Source: an uncultured Candidatus Saccharibacteria bacterium (GTDB lineage Bacteria; Patescibacteriota; Saccharimonadia; Saccharimonadales; EFPC-124). From it: DNA of 64,000 nucleotides. The stretch lies in contig CAYOML010000001.1 in assembly GCA_964405095.1 (NCBI GenBank), positions 23,311 through 87,310 of the forward strand, in the 5' to 3' direction. Each line of letters begins with the position of its first letter. Within the stretch, counting starts at the first letter, position 1. Both the position numbers and the translations under genes were made by a program. The notes beneath the pieces were generated by a model that saw only the letters and a list, made by a program, of their open reading frames with translations, was not told the origin of the DNA and ran no database searches. Shown here one piece after another: positions 46,093 to 56,240 of this stretch.

Positions 46093-47148
46093 ATGAAATA
46101 CATTAGGGGTATGTCAAAAACAACAACCATAACAATTAATGGTAATCTGTACGATGCCGTGACCGGTATGCCTATGTCATCTGTAAGGAAGTCAGAGCAT
46201 AAACGAGAAGCGCCCCGACCACCGATGCGGGCATTCAGCGATATCGGACCAAGGCCGCAACCAACTCCTGCGCCGCGACCTATTGCCGAACAACCCAAAA
46301 CCGAACCTGCCCAGCCATTACCTACGCATCAACTTCAGCATGCCGCCCAATCAGTTCACAGCCACCCGCAAAAATCCGAAACTTTATATCGAAAGGCGCT
46401 TAAGAAGCCAGAGATTCCCCAATCCGAAGTCGGATTCGTGCCGCGCAGCCCACTGATCAGCCATTACGGTACTAATGTTACACACCACCCACAACTTACC
46501 CCTAAAATAGCTCCTCACGAAGAGCCAATTAAACCCGCTCAGTCACATCCCTCAGTCACTAAGGCCTTAGAGCACCGCGCCGAGGCTGCTAAACCACAGC
46601 TCAGTGGCCAACAGCTTAAAGAAAAGCTTATTAAAGAACGCTTAGCCGAAGTCGACGACACCGCCAAAACCCCCAAGGAAAAGTGGTATGCTCGCAAACC
46701 GCGTATGGCAACTATCCTCACTACATCGTTAGCACTCTTGCTTTTAGGTGGCTATGTGACCTACATGAATCTACCAATGATTTCTATGAAAGTAGCGGCA
46801 TCACGAGCCGGCGTTAATGCCACTATGCCAAGTTATCGACCAGATGGTTACGGCTTGGACGGCCCAATCACGTATTCACCAGGCCAAGTAAATATCAACT
46901 ACAAATCAACAACCAACGATACAACTTTTAAACTTTCGCAGGCTCCATCTAACTGGGACAGCCAGGCGGTGCTAGATAACTACGTAGCTAAACAGACCGA
47001 GACCTACTTAACTTTCCAGGAGCGAGGGATTAAAGTATACACCTTCGAGAATAAGGCCGCCTGGGTTAATGGCGGGCTGTTCTATACCGTCGAAGGTACT
47101 GCCAACCTCAGCTCCGATCAAGTTTTGCGCCTGGCAACCAGTATGTAG
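46093..47148 (+). CDS. hypothetical single-pass membrane protein with a Pro-rich N-terminal (cytoplasmic) region
   Basis: ORF track; Pro-rich stretch, TM ILTTSLALLLLGGYVTY, extracytoplasmic C-terminal domain. Confidence 0.4.
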   Translation: MKYIRGMSKTTTITINGNLYDAVTGMPMSSVRKSEHKREAPRPPMRAFSDIGPRPQPTPAPRPIAEQPKTEPAQPLPTHQLQHAAQSVHSHPQKSETLYRKALKKPEIPQSEVGFVPRSPLISHYGTNVTHHPQLTPKIAPHEEPIKPAQSHPSVTKALEHRAEAAKPQLSGQQLKEKLIKERLAEVDDTAKTPKEKWYARKPRMATILTTSLALLLLGGYVTYMNLPMISMKVAASRAGVNATMPSYRPDGYGLDGPITYSPGQVNINYKSTTNDTTFKLSQAPSNWDSQAVLDNYVAKQTETYLTFQERGIKVYTFENKAAWVNGGLFYTVEGTANLSSDQVLRLATSM

Positions 47149-47187
47149 CTTGCTTTTGACCTCAGTTACACGCATAATTACTACAAT

Positions 47188-48606
47188 ATGAAACCAGCCC
47201 GTACCAGGTTCGCGCCGAGCCCGACTGGCGCATTGCACTGCGGCACAGTACGCACTGCTTTATTCGCCTGGGTTCTAGCCAAACAAAGCGGTGGCCAGTT
47301 TTTGCTGCGCATCGAAGACACCGACCTTAAACGCGAGGTCGAAGGCGGTACCGAAAACATCAAAGAAACCTTGCGCTGGCTTGGCATGGAATGGGACGAA
47401 GGCCCCGATGTTGGTGGACCCTATGGCCCATATATTCAGTCACAGCGCCTGGACATGTACAAAAAGTATGCCCAGGAGCTTGTCGACATGGGCTTGGCCT
47501 ACGCCGACCCCTACAGTGTTGAGGAACTACAGGCTCTGCGCGAAAAAGCCCAGGCCGAAAAACGCCCGTTCTTATACCGCAATCACCGCCCAGAAAACCC
47601 ACCAAAATGGGACGGCACAAAGCCGCTACGCATTAAACTAGAACCAAAAACTTGGAGCTGGGACGACGGAGTGCTCGGCAAGGTTAGTCTTGGCCCAGAG
47701 ATGATCGATGATTACATAATTATCAAAGCCGACGGTTTTCCAACCTACAACTTTGCACATATTATCGACGATCATCTCATGAAGATTACTCATATCACGC
47801 GCAGCCAGGAATTTATCAGCAGCGTACCAAAATTTTTAGCCACACACGAAGTACTGGGTTGGGAATCGCCGATCAACATTATTTTCCCGCAGGTCATGGA
47901 CGAAACCGGTAAGGCCAAACTCAGCAAACGCAAGGGCGCCAAGCCCGTGCTCGACTACCGCGACCGAGGTTTTTTACCTGAGGCGATGGTCAATTTTATG
48001 GCTACGATTGGCTGGAATGACGGCACTGAACAGGAAATCTATAGTGTTGATGAAATCATGAAAAAATTCAGCCTGGACCGTGTGCAAAAAAGCGGGGGAG
48101 TATTCGACGAAAAACGCCTGATATGGATGAACGGCGTTCATATCCGTAATCTCAGTCTCGACAATCTATATAAACGGATAACCGACTTCTGGCCTGAAGC
48201 TGCTAAAACATTCGACGATAATTACAAAAAAGACGTTTTGCGCCTTGTGCATGAACGCCTTAAATTCTTTGCCGAACTGCCTGAGCTAACATTGTTTTTC
48301 TTTGCCGAACCTAAAATTGCCGATGATATTTTTGAGCAAAATAAACAGCTCAAAAAACTAACTGCCGAAGAGCGTAAAACAATGTTAAAAGCTGTTATCA
48401 ACGAACTCCAGGCTAGTGATTTTAGCGAAGCTGACCTCGACAGCCGCATGCGTAGTTTAGTAGAGAAATTAAACACCAAAGCAGGTATCTTATTTGGGCT
48501 AATACGGGCTGCCGTAACTGGCAGTAACGTTGCTCCCGGTCTCTTCGAAACCATGCATGTGCTTGGCAAAGATACTACGTTGCAAAGAATCAAGAAGTGT
48601 ATTTAA
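47188..48606 (+). CDS. gltX: glutamate--tRNA ligase
   Basis: class I motifs: HIGH-type PSPTGALHCG and KMSKS-type KLSKRKG; 472 aa. Confidence 0.9.
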   Translation: MKPARTRFAPSPTGALHCGTVRTALFAWVLAKQSGGQFLLRIEDTDLKREVEGGTENIKETLRWLGMEWDEGPDVGGPYGPYIQSQRLDMYKKYAQELVDMGLAYADPYSVEELQALREKAQAEKRPFLYRNHRPENPPKWDGTKPLRIKLEPKTWSWDDGVLGKVSLGPEMIDDYIIIKADGFPTYNFAHIIDDHLMKITHITRSQEFISSVPKFLATHEVLGWESPINIIFPQVMDETGKAKLSKRKGAKPVLDYRDRGFLPEAMVNFMATIGWNDGTEQEIYSVDEIMKKFSLDRVQKSGGVFDEKRLIWMNGVHIRNLSLDNLYKRITDFWPEAAKTFDDNYKKDVLRLVHERLKFFAELPELTLFFFAEPKIADDIFEQNKQLKKLTAEERKTMLKAVINELQASDFSEADLDSRMRSLVEKLNTKAGILFGLIRAAVTGSNVAPGLFETMHVLGKDTTLQRIKKCI

Positions 48607-48654
48607 GGCCCAGTAAACAGTAAAACGTTTAAGCTTTTGCTATAATGTGCCTAA

Positions 48655-49752
48655 ATGGTACTGCAAAAAGATAGCCGCTGGACGCGCATGAGTCTGTGGG
48701 TCGAAAACCACAATAGGCTTTCGGTACTGTTGCTTGTAGGTACGTTAGTCGTGGCAGCCGGTGTGGTTGGTGCGGCCTATTTTTATGCTCAACCGACAAC
48801 TGAGGTCGCTGATCAAGTCGCCCAGAAAAAAACTGCCAATAAAAAACAAACCGAGACTGTCACGAAATACTATTCGCCACTTACTGGGGTAGAAGTAGCC
48901 GATCAAGCCGCCACCAAAAGGCAAGTGACAGCCGTAATGATCGAGAACAGCCAAACTGCTCGCCCGCAATCTGGTATCAAGCCGGCTGGCATTATTTACG
49001 AAGCTATCGCCGAAGGTGGCATCACGCGCTTTTTGACTCTGCACCAAGAGGACCGGCCAGGCCTCATTGGCCCAGTACGCAGCCTGCGACCATATTATAT
49101 AGCTTGGTTGGCACCGTTTGACGCCTCGGTTGCGCATGTCGGCGGCAGCGCTAATGCTCTTAAAGAAATTCGTAATGGCAGTTATAAAGATATCGACCAA
49201 TTCTTTAACGGCAGCTATTTCTGGCGGGCAAAAGACCGAGCCGCACCACACAATGTTTACACCAGCTTCGATAAACTCGACGCCCTAAACCAAAAGAAAG
49301 GCTATGTCAGCAGCGACTTTACGGCTTTCCCGCGTAAGCTAGATAGCCCGGCCACCAAACCAACAGCCAAAGCGATTAACGTGACAGTCTCTGGGCCACT
49401 ATATAACAGCGCCTACGCCTTCGACACTACGACCGATAGCTATCTGCGCAGCGAAGGTGGTGTGGCGCATAACGACAGAGAGGCTGGGCGGATGAACCCC
49501 AAAGTTGTAATAGTCATAAAAGTCCCCACCCAAAAAGGGTATGAGGACGGCTACAGAGAACAGATGACTACAGCCGGTTTTAACACAGCCTACATTTTTC
49601 AGGACGGCATAGTGATCCAGGGGTTTTGGCGTAAGAGCGGCACAAAATCGCAAATTCAGTTTTACGACCATGCCGCCCGCCCGATTGCGCTTAATGCAGG
49701 CCAGACTTGGATTACCGTTGTTGCGCCAGAGAAAGGTGTGACGTGGCAATAA
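48655..49752 (+). CDS. hypothetical secreted/membrane-anchored protein (possibly DUF3048/YerB-like)
   Basis: N-terminal TM; overall resemblance to YerB-type lipoproteins; low certainty. Confidence 0.4.
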   Translation: MVLQKDSRWTRMSLWVENHNRLSVLLLVGTLVVAAGVVGAAYFYAQPTTEVADQVAQKKTANKKQTETVTKYYSPLTGVEVADQAATKRQVTAVMIENSQTARPQSGIKPAGIIYEAIAEGGITRFLTLHQEDRPGLIGPVRSLRPYYIAWLAPFDASVAHVGGSANALKEIRNGSYKDIDQFFNGSYFWRAKDRAAPHNVYTSFDKLDALNQKKGYVSSDFTAFPRKLDSPATKPTAKAINVTVSGPLYNSAYAFDTTTDSYLRSEGGVAHNDREAGRMNPKVVIVIKVPTQKGYEDGYREQMTTAGFNTAYIFQDGIVIQGFWRKSGTKSQIQFYDHAARPIALNAGQTWITVVAPEKGVTWQ

Positions 49753-51281
49753 AAATCCACGAATTTTTTGACCACTACAAGCGCGAGACTATCGCGCTGT
49801 TCGTGCTAGCCCAAATGTTTAGTGTGGTGATCGGTGGCCTGGGGGGATGGTTGGGTTGGCAGGTCTTATATCTACAGCCAACTGCCGCTTTCATATTTGC
49901 TGTGCTAATTATGTCTATCAGCAACATTCTTATTTCTTTACTAATGTTTAAAACGGCCAGTGCGCCGCTCAAAGTTATGTCACAAGCTGTGGCACATGTT
50001 TCAAAAGACCCGTTTGTAACGCCACCACCAGACATTACTAAACCACATTACGCATATTCTGGGCTTAAAGACATGGTCCAAACAATTTACGAATTGGCTA
50101 TTGCCGCCCACCCGGCTAGTGAAGGTGGTGCGCCAACCCCTAATCAACCGCGGGCTGAGTTTTTTCAACATATCGCCGATAGTATGCCGTGCGGGGTGAT
50201 TGCCCTAAATGCTGACAATAAAGTTGTCTACGCCAACCAATTAGCGCCAATCAGCTCCGACCCAGACGGCAATTCAGACATTAAGCTGATATTCGAACAA
50301 AACGATGATCTGACAAAATGGTTAGCTGACTGTCAAGCCAATAAAGTCCACGATACACACCTATGGCTGCGGGTTTCGGACAAATTACCTAGCGAACAGG
50401 ACCGCAGAATATTCGACGTGGCTGGCCGCTATCAGAAAAATGACGGCGGGGGTATCGAAGTTGTTCTGCTTGCTTTCGACCGCACATCTGCCTACGCCCC
50501 CGACCAAGACGACATGGACTTTATTGCCCTGGCCGCCCACGAGCTGCGAGGGCCAATCACCGTCATCCGCGGATACCTGGACGTCTTGAACCAAGAAGTC
50601 GGCGAGAAACTTGATGCCGAACAACACATGCTAATGGATCGCCTGCAAGTATCAGCCGAGCGGCTGTCGGGCTACGTCAGCAACATCTTAAATGTATCGC
50701 GTTACGACCGCCGGCGCTTTAACATGCACCTGCACGAAGATAATCTGCTAGGCATCCTGCAAAACCTGGTTGCCGATCTTAACCTGCGGGCCCAAACTCA
50801 AAACCGAACTTTATCATTCAAAGTTCCAGATAACCTGCCGACCATCGCCGCCGACAGGACCGGTATTAGTGAAGTCATCATCAATCTAATCGACAACGCC
50901 ATTAAATATAGCCACGAGGGCGGCAATATTATCCTTAGTGCCGCCGTCAAAGATAGCGACTTTGTTGAAGTAACCATAACTGACGCAGGTATTGGTATCC
51001 CCGACAGTATTGTTGGTAATCTGTTTAATAAATTCTATCGTTCGCATCGCTCGCGCGAGAGTGTTGGTGGCACTGGCTTGGGTCTTTATATCTGTAAAGC
51101 AGTTATCGAAGGTCACGGCGGCACAATCTGGGTCCGTTCGCAAGAAGGCAAGGGAACAACCTTTGGCTTCACCGTACCAGTATACGCAACAGTTGCGCAG
51201 AAGATCGCAAGCGGTGATAATAAAGACATCACCGAGCGAAGCGAAGGCTGGATAAAAAATCACGCAATGTACCGGAGGTAA
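49707..51281 (+). CDS. sensor histidine kinase
   Basis: N-terminal TMs; HisKA H-box ALAAHELRGPIT; HATPase_c N, G1 and G2 boxes (LIDNAIKYS, DAGIGIP, GTGLGLYICK). Confidence 0.8.
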   Translation: MDYRCCARERCDVAIKIHEFFDHYKRETIALFVLAQMFSVVIGGLGGWLGWQVLYLQPTAAFIFAVLIMSISNILISLLMFKTASAPLKVMSQAVAHVSKDPFVTPPPDITKPHYAYSGLKDMVQTIYELAIAAHPASEGGAPTPNQPRAEFFQHIADSMPCGVIALNADNKVVYANQLAPISSDPDGNSDIKLIFEQNDDLTKWLADCQANKVHDTHLWLRVSDKLPSEQDRRIFDVAGRYQKNDGGGIEVVLLAFDRTSAYAPDQDDMDFIALAAHELRGPITVIRGYLDVLNQEVGEKLDAEQHMLMDRLQVSAERLSGYVSNILNVSRYDRRRFNMHLHEDNLLGILQNLVADLNLRAQTQNRTLSFKVPDNLPTIAADRTGISEVIINLIDNAIKYSHEGGNIILSAAVKDSDFVEVTITDAGIGIPDSIVGNLFNKFYRSHRSRESVGGTGLGLYICKAVIEGHGGTIWVRSQEGKGTTFGFTVPVYATVAQKIASGDNKDITERSEGWIKNHAMYRR

Positions 51282-51284
51282 ACT

Positions 51285-51668
51285 GTGGCGGCAATCAAGA
51301 CAATTCTGTGTATCGAAGACGATCTGTTCATTGGCGAAATGTACGTCCGCAGCCTGCGTAAGGCCGGCTACGATGTCACCTTAGTGGCCAGCGGTGAAGA
51401 GGGCGAAAAAGCCGCTTTAGCCAAGCCCTACGACTTAATTTTGTTGGATATTTTGCTGCCCGAAAAACACGGCACCGAGATTCTGCAAACTCTTCGCGGT
51501 GACAAGGATTTGGTACCGAGCTCGCGCATATTGGTTATGACCAACTTCAGCCAAGACGACGAATCACGTATTGCCATGCAAAGCAAAGCCGATGGTTATC
51601 TTATCAAGGCCGACATCACCCCGCGTAAACTCATAGAAATTGTTGGCTCTTTGCAAACCGTCTCATAG
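51285..51668 (+). CDS. single-domain response regulator (receiver only, CheY-like)
   Basis: acidic pocket DD, phospho-acceptor D in ILLDILLP, T and K in LVMTNF / YLIKA; no output domain. Confidence 0.8.
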   Translation: MAAIKTILCIEDDLFIGEMYVRSLRKAGYDVTLVASGEEGEKAALAKPYDLILLDILLPEKHGTEILQTLRGDKDLVPSSRILVMTNFSQDDESRIAMQSKADGYLIKADITPRKLIEIVGSLQTVS

Positions 51669-51720
51669 TTATAAAGTTAACCAAATTGCGCATACAAACC
51701 TAATGTGTTTAGGTATTAGT

Positions 51721-52392
51721 ATGTATGTGTCTAGCAGCCAGCTATACATTGGCTCCCACCGCTACGAGAATGCCCCTAGAAACACTGCCAGCCTGGGCGT
51801 AGAGGACTTTGATGCTATGCGCCAAGAGTCGACTGCCAGAATGATGCTTAGAACCATTTTGCAAGAGATTGCCGAACAGAGACAGGAAGCACCAATAGCC
51901 CCACAAACTTCACCCAAGGGCCTAAGAGTTGCTGAAATAGTAAGACTTGGGATCGAAGCGAGTAGCGACTATGCCGAACATATAGCCAGGCGTCTAGGCA
52001 GATTTGTGGTGCGACACCGTGTAGGTTTAGCTGGCTTAGTTACGGCCACCACAGGGTTAGTGGCCATCGGCATGGCAGTAAAAAGTGCTTTCGATATAAA
52101 TGTATATGCCACTTATCAAGAATTATTTAACACTGTGACCAAGCAAGATGCTGTCAGCCTGGCAGCCCAGCGCAATATAGGGCTAGAAGTGACAGTTGGT
52201 AGCATAAACGCCGCCGTTAGTGTCCCAGCCGGGCTTGGGTACCTAACATTACGTAATGCCAGAGATGAAGCTATTATGCAGCCTAACAGTGTTGGCACCA
52301 GTGCACAAAATGGATACGAAGATGATGAACCCGGCGGCTTAGCCATATTGAGCGCCATCATGGACGACCAGACTTACGGCTCTGACTCATAG
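51721..52392 (+). CDS. hypothetical protein
   Basis: ORF track (51640..52392); an internal Met start is more plausible; no motif. Confidence 0.3.
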   Translation: MYVSSSQLYIGSHRYENAPRNTASLGVEDFDAMRQESTARMMLRTILQEIAEQRQEAPIAPQTSPKGLRVAEIVRLGIEASSDYAEHIARRLGRFVVRHRVGLAGLVTATTGLVAIGMAVKSAFDINVYATYQELFNTVTKQDAVSLAAQRNIGLEVTVGSINAAVSVPAGLGYLTLRNARDEAIMQPNSVGTSAQNGYEDDEPGGLAILSAIMDDQTYGSDS

Positions 52393-52445
52393 ACAACCCG
52401 CCTCTGTTATGCTACGATAGCCTGCGTATTATTTCATATTTTCGT

Positions 52446-52520
52446 GGCCCCATCGTCTAGTGGTTAGGACACCAGGTTCTCATCCTGACAACCGGAGTTC
52501 GACTCTCCGTGGGGTCACCA
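52446..52520 (+). tRNA. tRNA-Glu (anticodon CTC)
   Basis: GGCCCCATCGTCTAGTGGTTAGGACACCAGGTTCTCATCCTGACAACCGGAGTTCGACTCTCCGTGGGGTCACCA; anticodon loop TTCTCAT; T-arm CGGAG-TTCGACT-CTCCG; CCA encoded. Confidence 0.85.
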
Positions 52521-52609
52521 GAACAGACAATGGCAAGTGAAGTCTCAAGGTTATGAGGCTTTTTCTTGTTTACCCAGTTAGTTTGACAGGAGATTTATGT
52601 TGGGGAAAG

Positions 52610-54223
52610 TTACAATGTATGTTCCAACAATAAGCGGTTGAAACGTCTCAATAGACTACGGATTCTGCCAACTCTTTCTGGGACATAGGAGATAACAGGC
52701 TGGTGCTCAGGAGTATCATGCTGGTCATAGTCATCCCTCTGTCTAATGGGACGAGTGAATCTGCGAATGCGATTGATGCCATTAGTCATATTTACAACTG
52801 GCTTGCCGTCTGGGTCGAAGTCTACACTAATGGACCTCAGGGCCATGCTGCCCGTTGCGCCAAGGACTTCACGATCTGCAACCTCAGAGAGAATGGCAGC
52901 AAAACCAGTATCACTCTGTCCGGTCGAACAGGCATCGATGGCAAACACCGAGTCCTGACGGCTAACGCTTGCAGCAAGCTCTCCGGCCCATTGTCTGATA
53001 TCCTCGCTTGTGAGATAACCTTCTCCTAAGGAGACATCGCCCCCATAGCCATGCCCATCGAAGACTATGGCTGAAGCCAAAGCATGTCGAGCCAACTTAG
53101 CCTGGCGTGCCCTAACCTTTAGTTCTGCCTTACGCCTGACCTCAATAACTGTCATACCAACACCTTGGCTGCGAAGTTGCTGACGAAGTCGCTCCAGCTT
53201 TGGTATACTCCCCCTGGTCGCGGACCCATTGGAATCATATGTAGCAGATAATAGATAAATGTGGCGATCGTAATGAGTAAAGCGCTCCCGGTATTGGTCT
53301 AATAGCATGCTCTCTGGGAAACGTGCAAAGTTACGGATACCAAATGACCTGTAAAGTGTACGGCAGATCCCGGGGTGTTGATTCTCAAATTTTAGCATGC
53401 GCCTAACGCACTCAACTTGATATTCGTCCTGGTCCCAATAACCTGCTTTAGAGCCATAACCCCAACGCCATGCACTGCTAATCTCACCATCTGAAGGTAG
53501 GCCTAACAGTTCACAGATCAGATTGACACCATTAGTGCGTGCAGCCAAGTTTTTTATTACCCGAACTTTAAAGCTATCGGGATCCTGTTGGTCATTAAGC
53601 TCCACAAGTAACGCTTTTAGCTGGGGGTGTGCAGCAGCATCTGTATCGGCAATAATACTACCCGCACCTCGGATATAACTTTCACTATAGGTGTTAGCAT
53701 AATAGATGTCGCCAACCTTATTCTCTGCATTTCCTAAAATATTAGGTAGATTTGCCAGGATATGATCTTTGACCCGCTGATCTATAGATGCGGACCCTGA
53801 CTGAGATACGGCAACTAATAGAAGATCTGCTATGTGTATAGACCTATTAGAACCAGGCTCAGTTTCAGCTATATCCAATAATTTGTCGGCCAGGCCATCC
53901 TGAAACAGATGATCGGCACTGTCCTCGGCTACATTCTCAGCACTCCACGAAGTTGACCATGATTCATCTAGAGTAGAGAATGCTCCGAGCCGAACGAAAC
54001 TATCTATCATACCGATAGTACTATCCACATGGGCTCTCTGAGACAGCGACGCTGCAATGACGGGGTCTGACCAGAAACCCTCCATTGAGGGTCTGTCATA
54101 TGGATACTCAGCAAGCTCATCAAGTATATGACTAGCACTGTCAAGGACTTGATTATACTGCTGTAAGTCAAAACCTTGCCTAGTTTCGAAACCAGACACC
54201 TCGGCTCCACGTATATGAGTCAT
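52610..54223 (-). CDS. large hypothetical protein with a C-terminal caspase-like (CHAT / peptidase C14-like) domain
   Basis: His-Cys dyad in canonical context and spacing: IVFDGHGYGG (His391) and FAIDACSTGQS (Cys432), 41 residues apart; N-terminal roughly 310 aa unassigned. Confidence 0.5.
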   Translation of the reverse strand: MTHIRGAEVSGFETRQGFDLQQYNQVLDSASHILDELAEYPYDRPSMEGFWSDPVIAASLSQRAHVDSTIGMIDSFVRLGAFSTLDESWSTSWSAENVAEDSADHLFQDGLADKLLDIAETEPGSNRSIHIADLLLVAVSQSGSASIDQRVKDHILANLPNILGNAENKVGDIYYANTYSESYIRGAGSIIADTDAAAHPQLKALLVELNDQQDPDSFKVRVIKNLAARTNGVNLICELLGLPSDGEISSAWRWGYGSKAGYWDQDEYQVECVRRMLKFENQHPGICRTLYRSFGIRNFARFPESMLLDQYRERFTHYDRHIYLLSATYDSNGSATRGSIPKLERLRQQLRSQGVGMTVIEVRRKAELKVRARQAKLARHALASAIVFDGHGYGGDVSLGEGYLTSEDIRQWAGELAASVSRQDSVFAIDACSTGQSDTGFAAILSEVADREVLGATGSMALRSISVDFDPDGKPVVNMTNGINRIRRFTRPIRQRDDYDQHDTPEHQPVISYVPERVGRIRSLLRRFNRLLLEHTL

Positions 54224-54326
54224 AGCGTTAGATCATACCATATACAAGACGATAAAGCAAGTATAGAATCTTAGTTTATTCTTCTAGATTTGGTGCAGAA
54301 ATTAATGTTTTTCTGCAATCAAGATT

Positions 54327-55727
54327 CTATGCTCTGCCGAGTCTCTTGGTGGCCAGCTCTTCAAAATAATGCACAAACATCTTAATGCCACCCGATGCCT
54401 GGTGCCAATCGAAATATTCATTAGGGGCATGGTAGCCATGTTCGGGTAAGCTCAGGCCCAGCAGAATTATTGGCACATTTAGCTGTTGCCGCATTGTTAG
54501 CACTGCTCCAATCGAGCCGCCTTCGCGCACAAATGCTGGCGTTACGCCAAAGGCATATTCGACGGCTGAACGAGCGGCATCGGCATATGGTCCGGTAAAT
54601 TCGCCTAGATATGGTTCGAGAACACCTTCTTTTACCACCTCTACATCGGGGTGATCCTTTTGTACAAACTTTTTTATGAGTTCGAATATTTTGTACGGAT
54701 CTTGCGTCGGCACTAGTCTAACACTTAACTTTGCCGTAGCTGCCGGTGGAACAATGGTTTTTATGCCCTCACCTGAGTAGCCACCGACAATACCATGAAC
54801 TTCGAAGGTTGGCTCAGCCATGATACGCGACAGTACTTGCTTAACATCGTAGGTGCGCAGTGACTTTAGCCCATGTGACTTCATGAACTGCTTTACATCA
54901 AAGCCAGAGTCAATAAAGCTTTGCAGCTCGACAGCACTCGCAGCCTGAACGTCATCATAAAAACCAGGGATTTTAACTTTACCAGAGGTAGCCTCAAAGC
55001 ACTCACTAATAACCTGACTGAGTTCGGCTATTGGGTTACGAGCAACACCGCCAGCCAGGCCGGAATGAACATCTTGTTTAGCTGTGCGCAGACGTAATTC
55101 AAAACCAAGCATGCCACGCAGGCCATATGGCACAGCCGGACGGTCGGCGCTAATCCAGATGGTATCAGAGATGACGACCGAGTTAGTGTTTTTAAGTAAC
55201 TCTTGCTGGCTTTCCATAAAATCTTTAAAATGCGTGCTACCAATTTCTTCTTCAAACTCCCAAATAACATTGATGTTGAGCGGTAATTTATGTGCAATAG
55301 CGTAGCGGATAGCCATTAAGGCAGTTAACGCTGGGCCTTTGTCATCGGTTGCCCCGCGGCCAATGTAGCGTTGACCTGCTGTTTGCATGCTAAACGGGTC
55401 GGTTTGCCATTCGGTGTTGTCGGCTGGTTGCACATCAAGATGGTTATACAACGCGACAGTTGGGTGAGTGGGGCCGGATATATATCTTCCCATCACCACA
55501 GGATTTCCAGCAGTAGTTACAACGTTAGCCTCGAGCCCGGCTTCTTTAAGAAAGTCTGCTGCCAACTTCGCCCCACGATTAATATCAGACCGGTGTGCGG
55601 GGTCAGCGCTGACGGTCGGGATATTAACAAGTCTGGACAAGTTGTCCTCGAAAAGAGTACGCACTTTTGCGATATAGTTTGTAAGTTCTGAATCAGTACT
55701 TTTAACCATAGTCACTCCGGGTAACAA
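54327..55727 (-). CDS. M20 family metallopeptidase (dipeptidase/ArgE/DapE-like)
   Basis: metal-binding motifs HLDVQP and GRGATDDKG; dimerisation-domain insert; 466 aa. Confidence 0.8.
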   Translation of the reverse strand: MLPGVTMVKSTDSELTNYIAKVRTLFEDNLSRLVNIPTVSADPAHRSDINRGAKLAADFLKEAGLEANVVTTAGNPVVMGRYISGPTHPTVALYNHLDVQPADNTEWQTDPFSMQTAGQRYIGRGATDDKGPALTALMAIRYAIAHKLPLNINVIWEFEEEIGSTHFKDFMESQQELLKNTNSVVISDTIWISADRPAVPYGLRGMLGFELRLRTAKQDVHSGLAGGVARNPIAELSQVISECFEATSGKVKIPGFYDDVQAASAVELQSFIDSGFDVKQFMKSHGLKSLRTYDVKQVLSRIMAEPTFEVHGIVGGYSGEGIKTIVPPAATAKLSVRLVPTQDPYKIFELIKKFVQKDHPDVEVVKEGVLEPYLGEFTGPYADAARSAVEYAFGVTPAFVREGGSIGAVLTMRQQLNVPIILLGLSLPEHGYHAPNEYFDWHQASGGIKMFVHYFEELATKRLGRA

Positions 55728-55802
55728 TGTATTCTTGATTATAACAGCCTGCGCAAAAAGCGTAGTTTTACCTCTAGTCTGCTACGAGGCAGAGTCGTTA
55801 AT

Positions 55803-56234
55803 ATGTTAAACTCAGGGCGAGAAATGACCAAATATCCCAACGCTTTTTACCGCGTCTCTGCCAAAGCCCTGGTGCATAATCACAAAGGTCATATTTTGGT
55901 CTGTAAACATGACACAAACCACTGGACGCTGCCTGGTGGCGGTATTGACCACGGCGAAGAACCAGCCTCGGCATTAGTACGCGAATTAAAAGAAGAACTT
56001 GGGCTTACCACAAAAATCGAGATCGGGCGGCTTGTGGCAGCTTTGCCATTTTTTGTTGCCGAGTACGACCGATATCAGATGTGGCTGGTCTACGAAACAT
56101 TGTTCAACGAATCAGGCATCCAAATTACAAAAAATCGTGAAGTAAGCGCATTTTCTTTTATGGACCCTGAGAAATTTAAAGATAGTACACTCAGGTCCGA
56201 ACAGCTTGTCTATAGATCAGCCACAGCTTACTGA
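55803..56234 (+). CDS. Nudix hydrolase
   Basis: Nudix box GGGIDHGEEPASALVRELKEELGL. Confidence 0.75.
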   Translation: MLNSGREMTKYPNAFYRVSAKALVHNHKGHILVCKHDTNHWTLPGGGIDHGEEPASALVRELKEELGLTTKIEIGRLVAALPFFVAEYDRYQMWLVYETLFNESGIQITKNREVSAFSFMDPEKFKDSTLRSEQLVYRSATAY

Positions 56235-56240
56235 TATAAT

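Noticed and set aside
44505-46298. 106-residue N-terminal extension of the PEGA-like protein (track start 46298)
   Set aside because: The extension is Gly/Arg-rich with no signal, and it overlaps the upstream divergent gene start. An internal Met directly precedes a clear TM anchor, giving a more plausible start at 45980.
52521-54326. Caspase-like gene as part of a tRNA-integrated mobile island
   Set aside because: No integrase, recombinase or direct repeat of the tRNA-Glu 3' end was found. The compositional shift is mild, so horizontal origin is mentioned only as a possibility.
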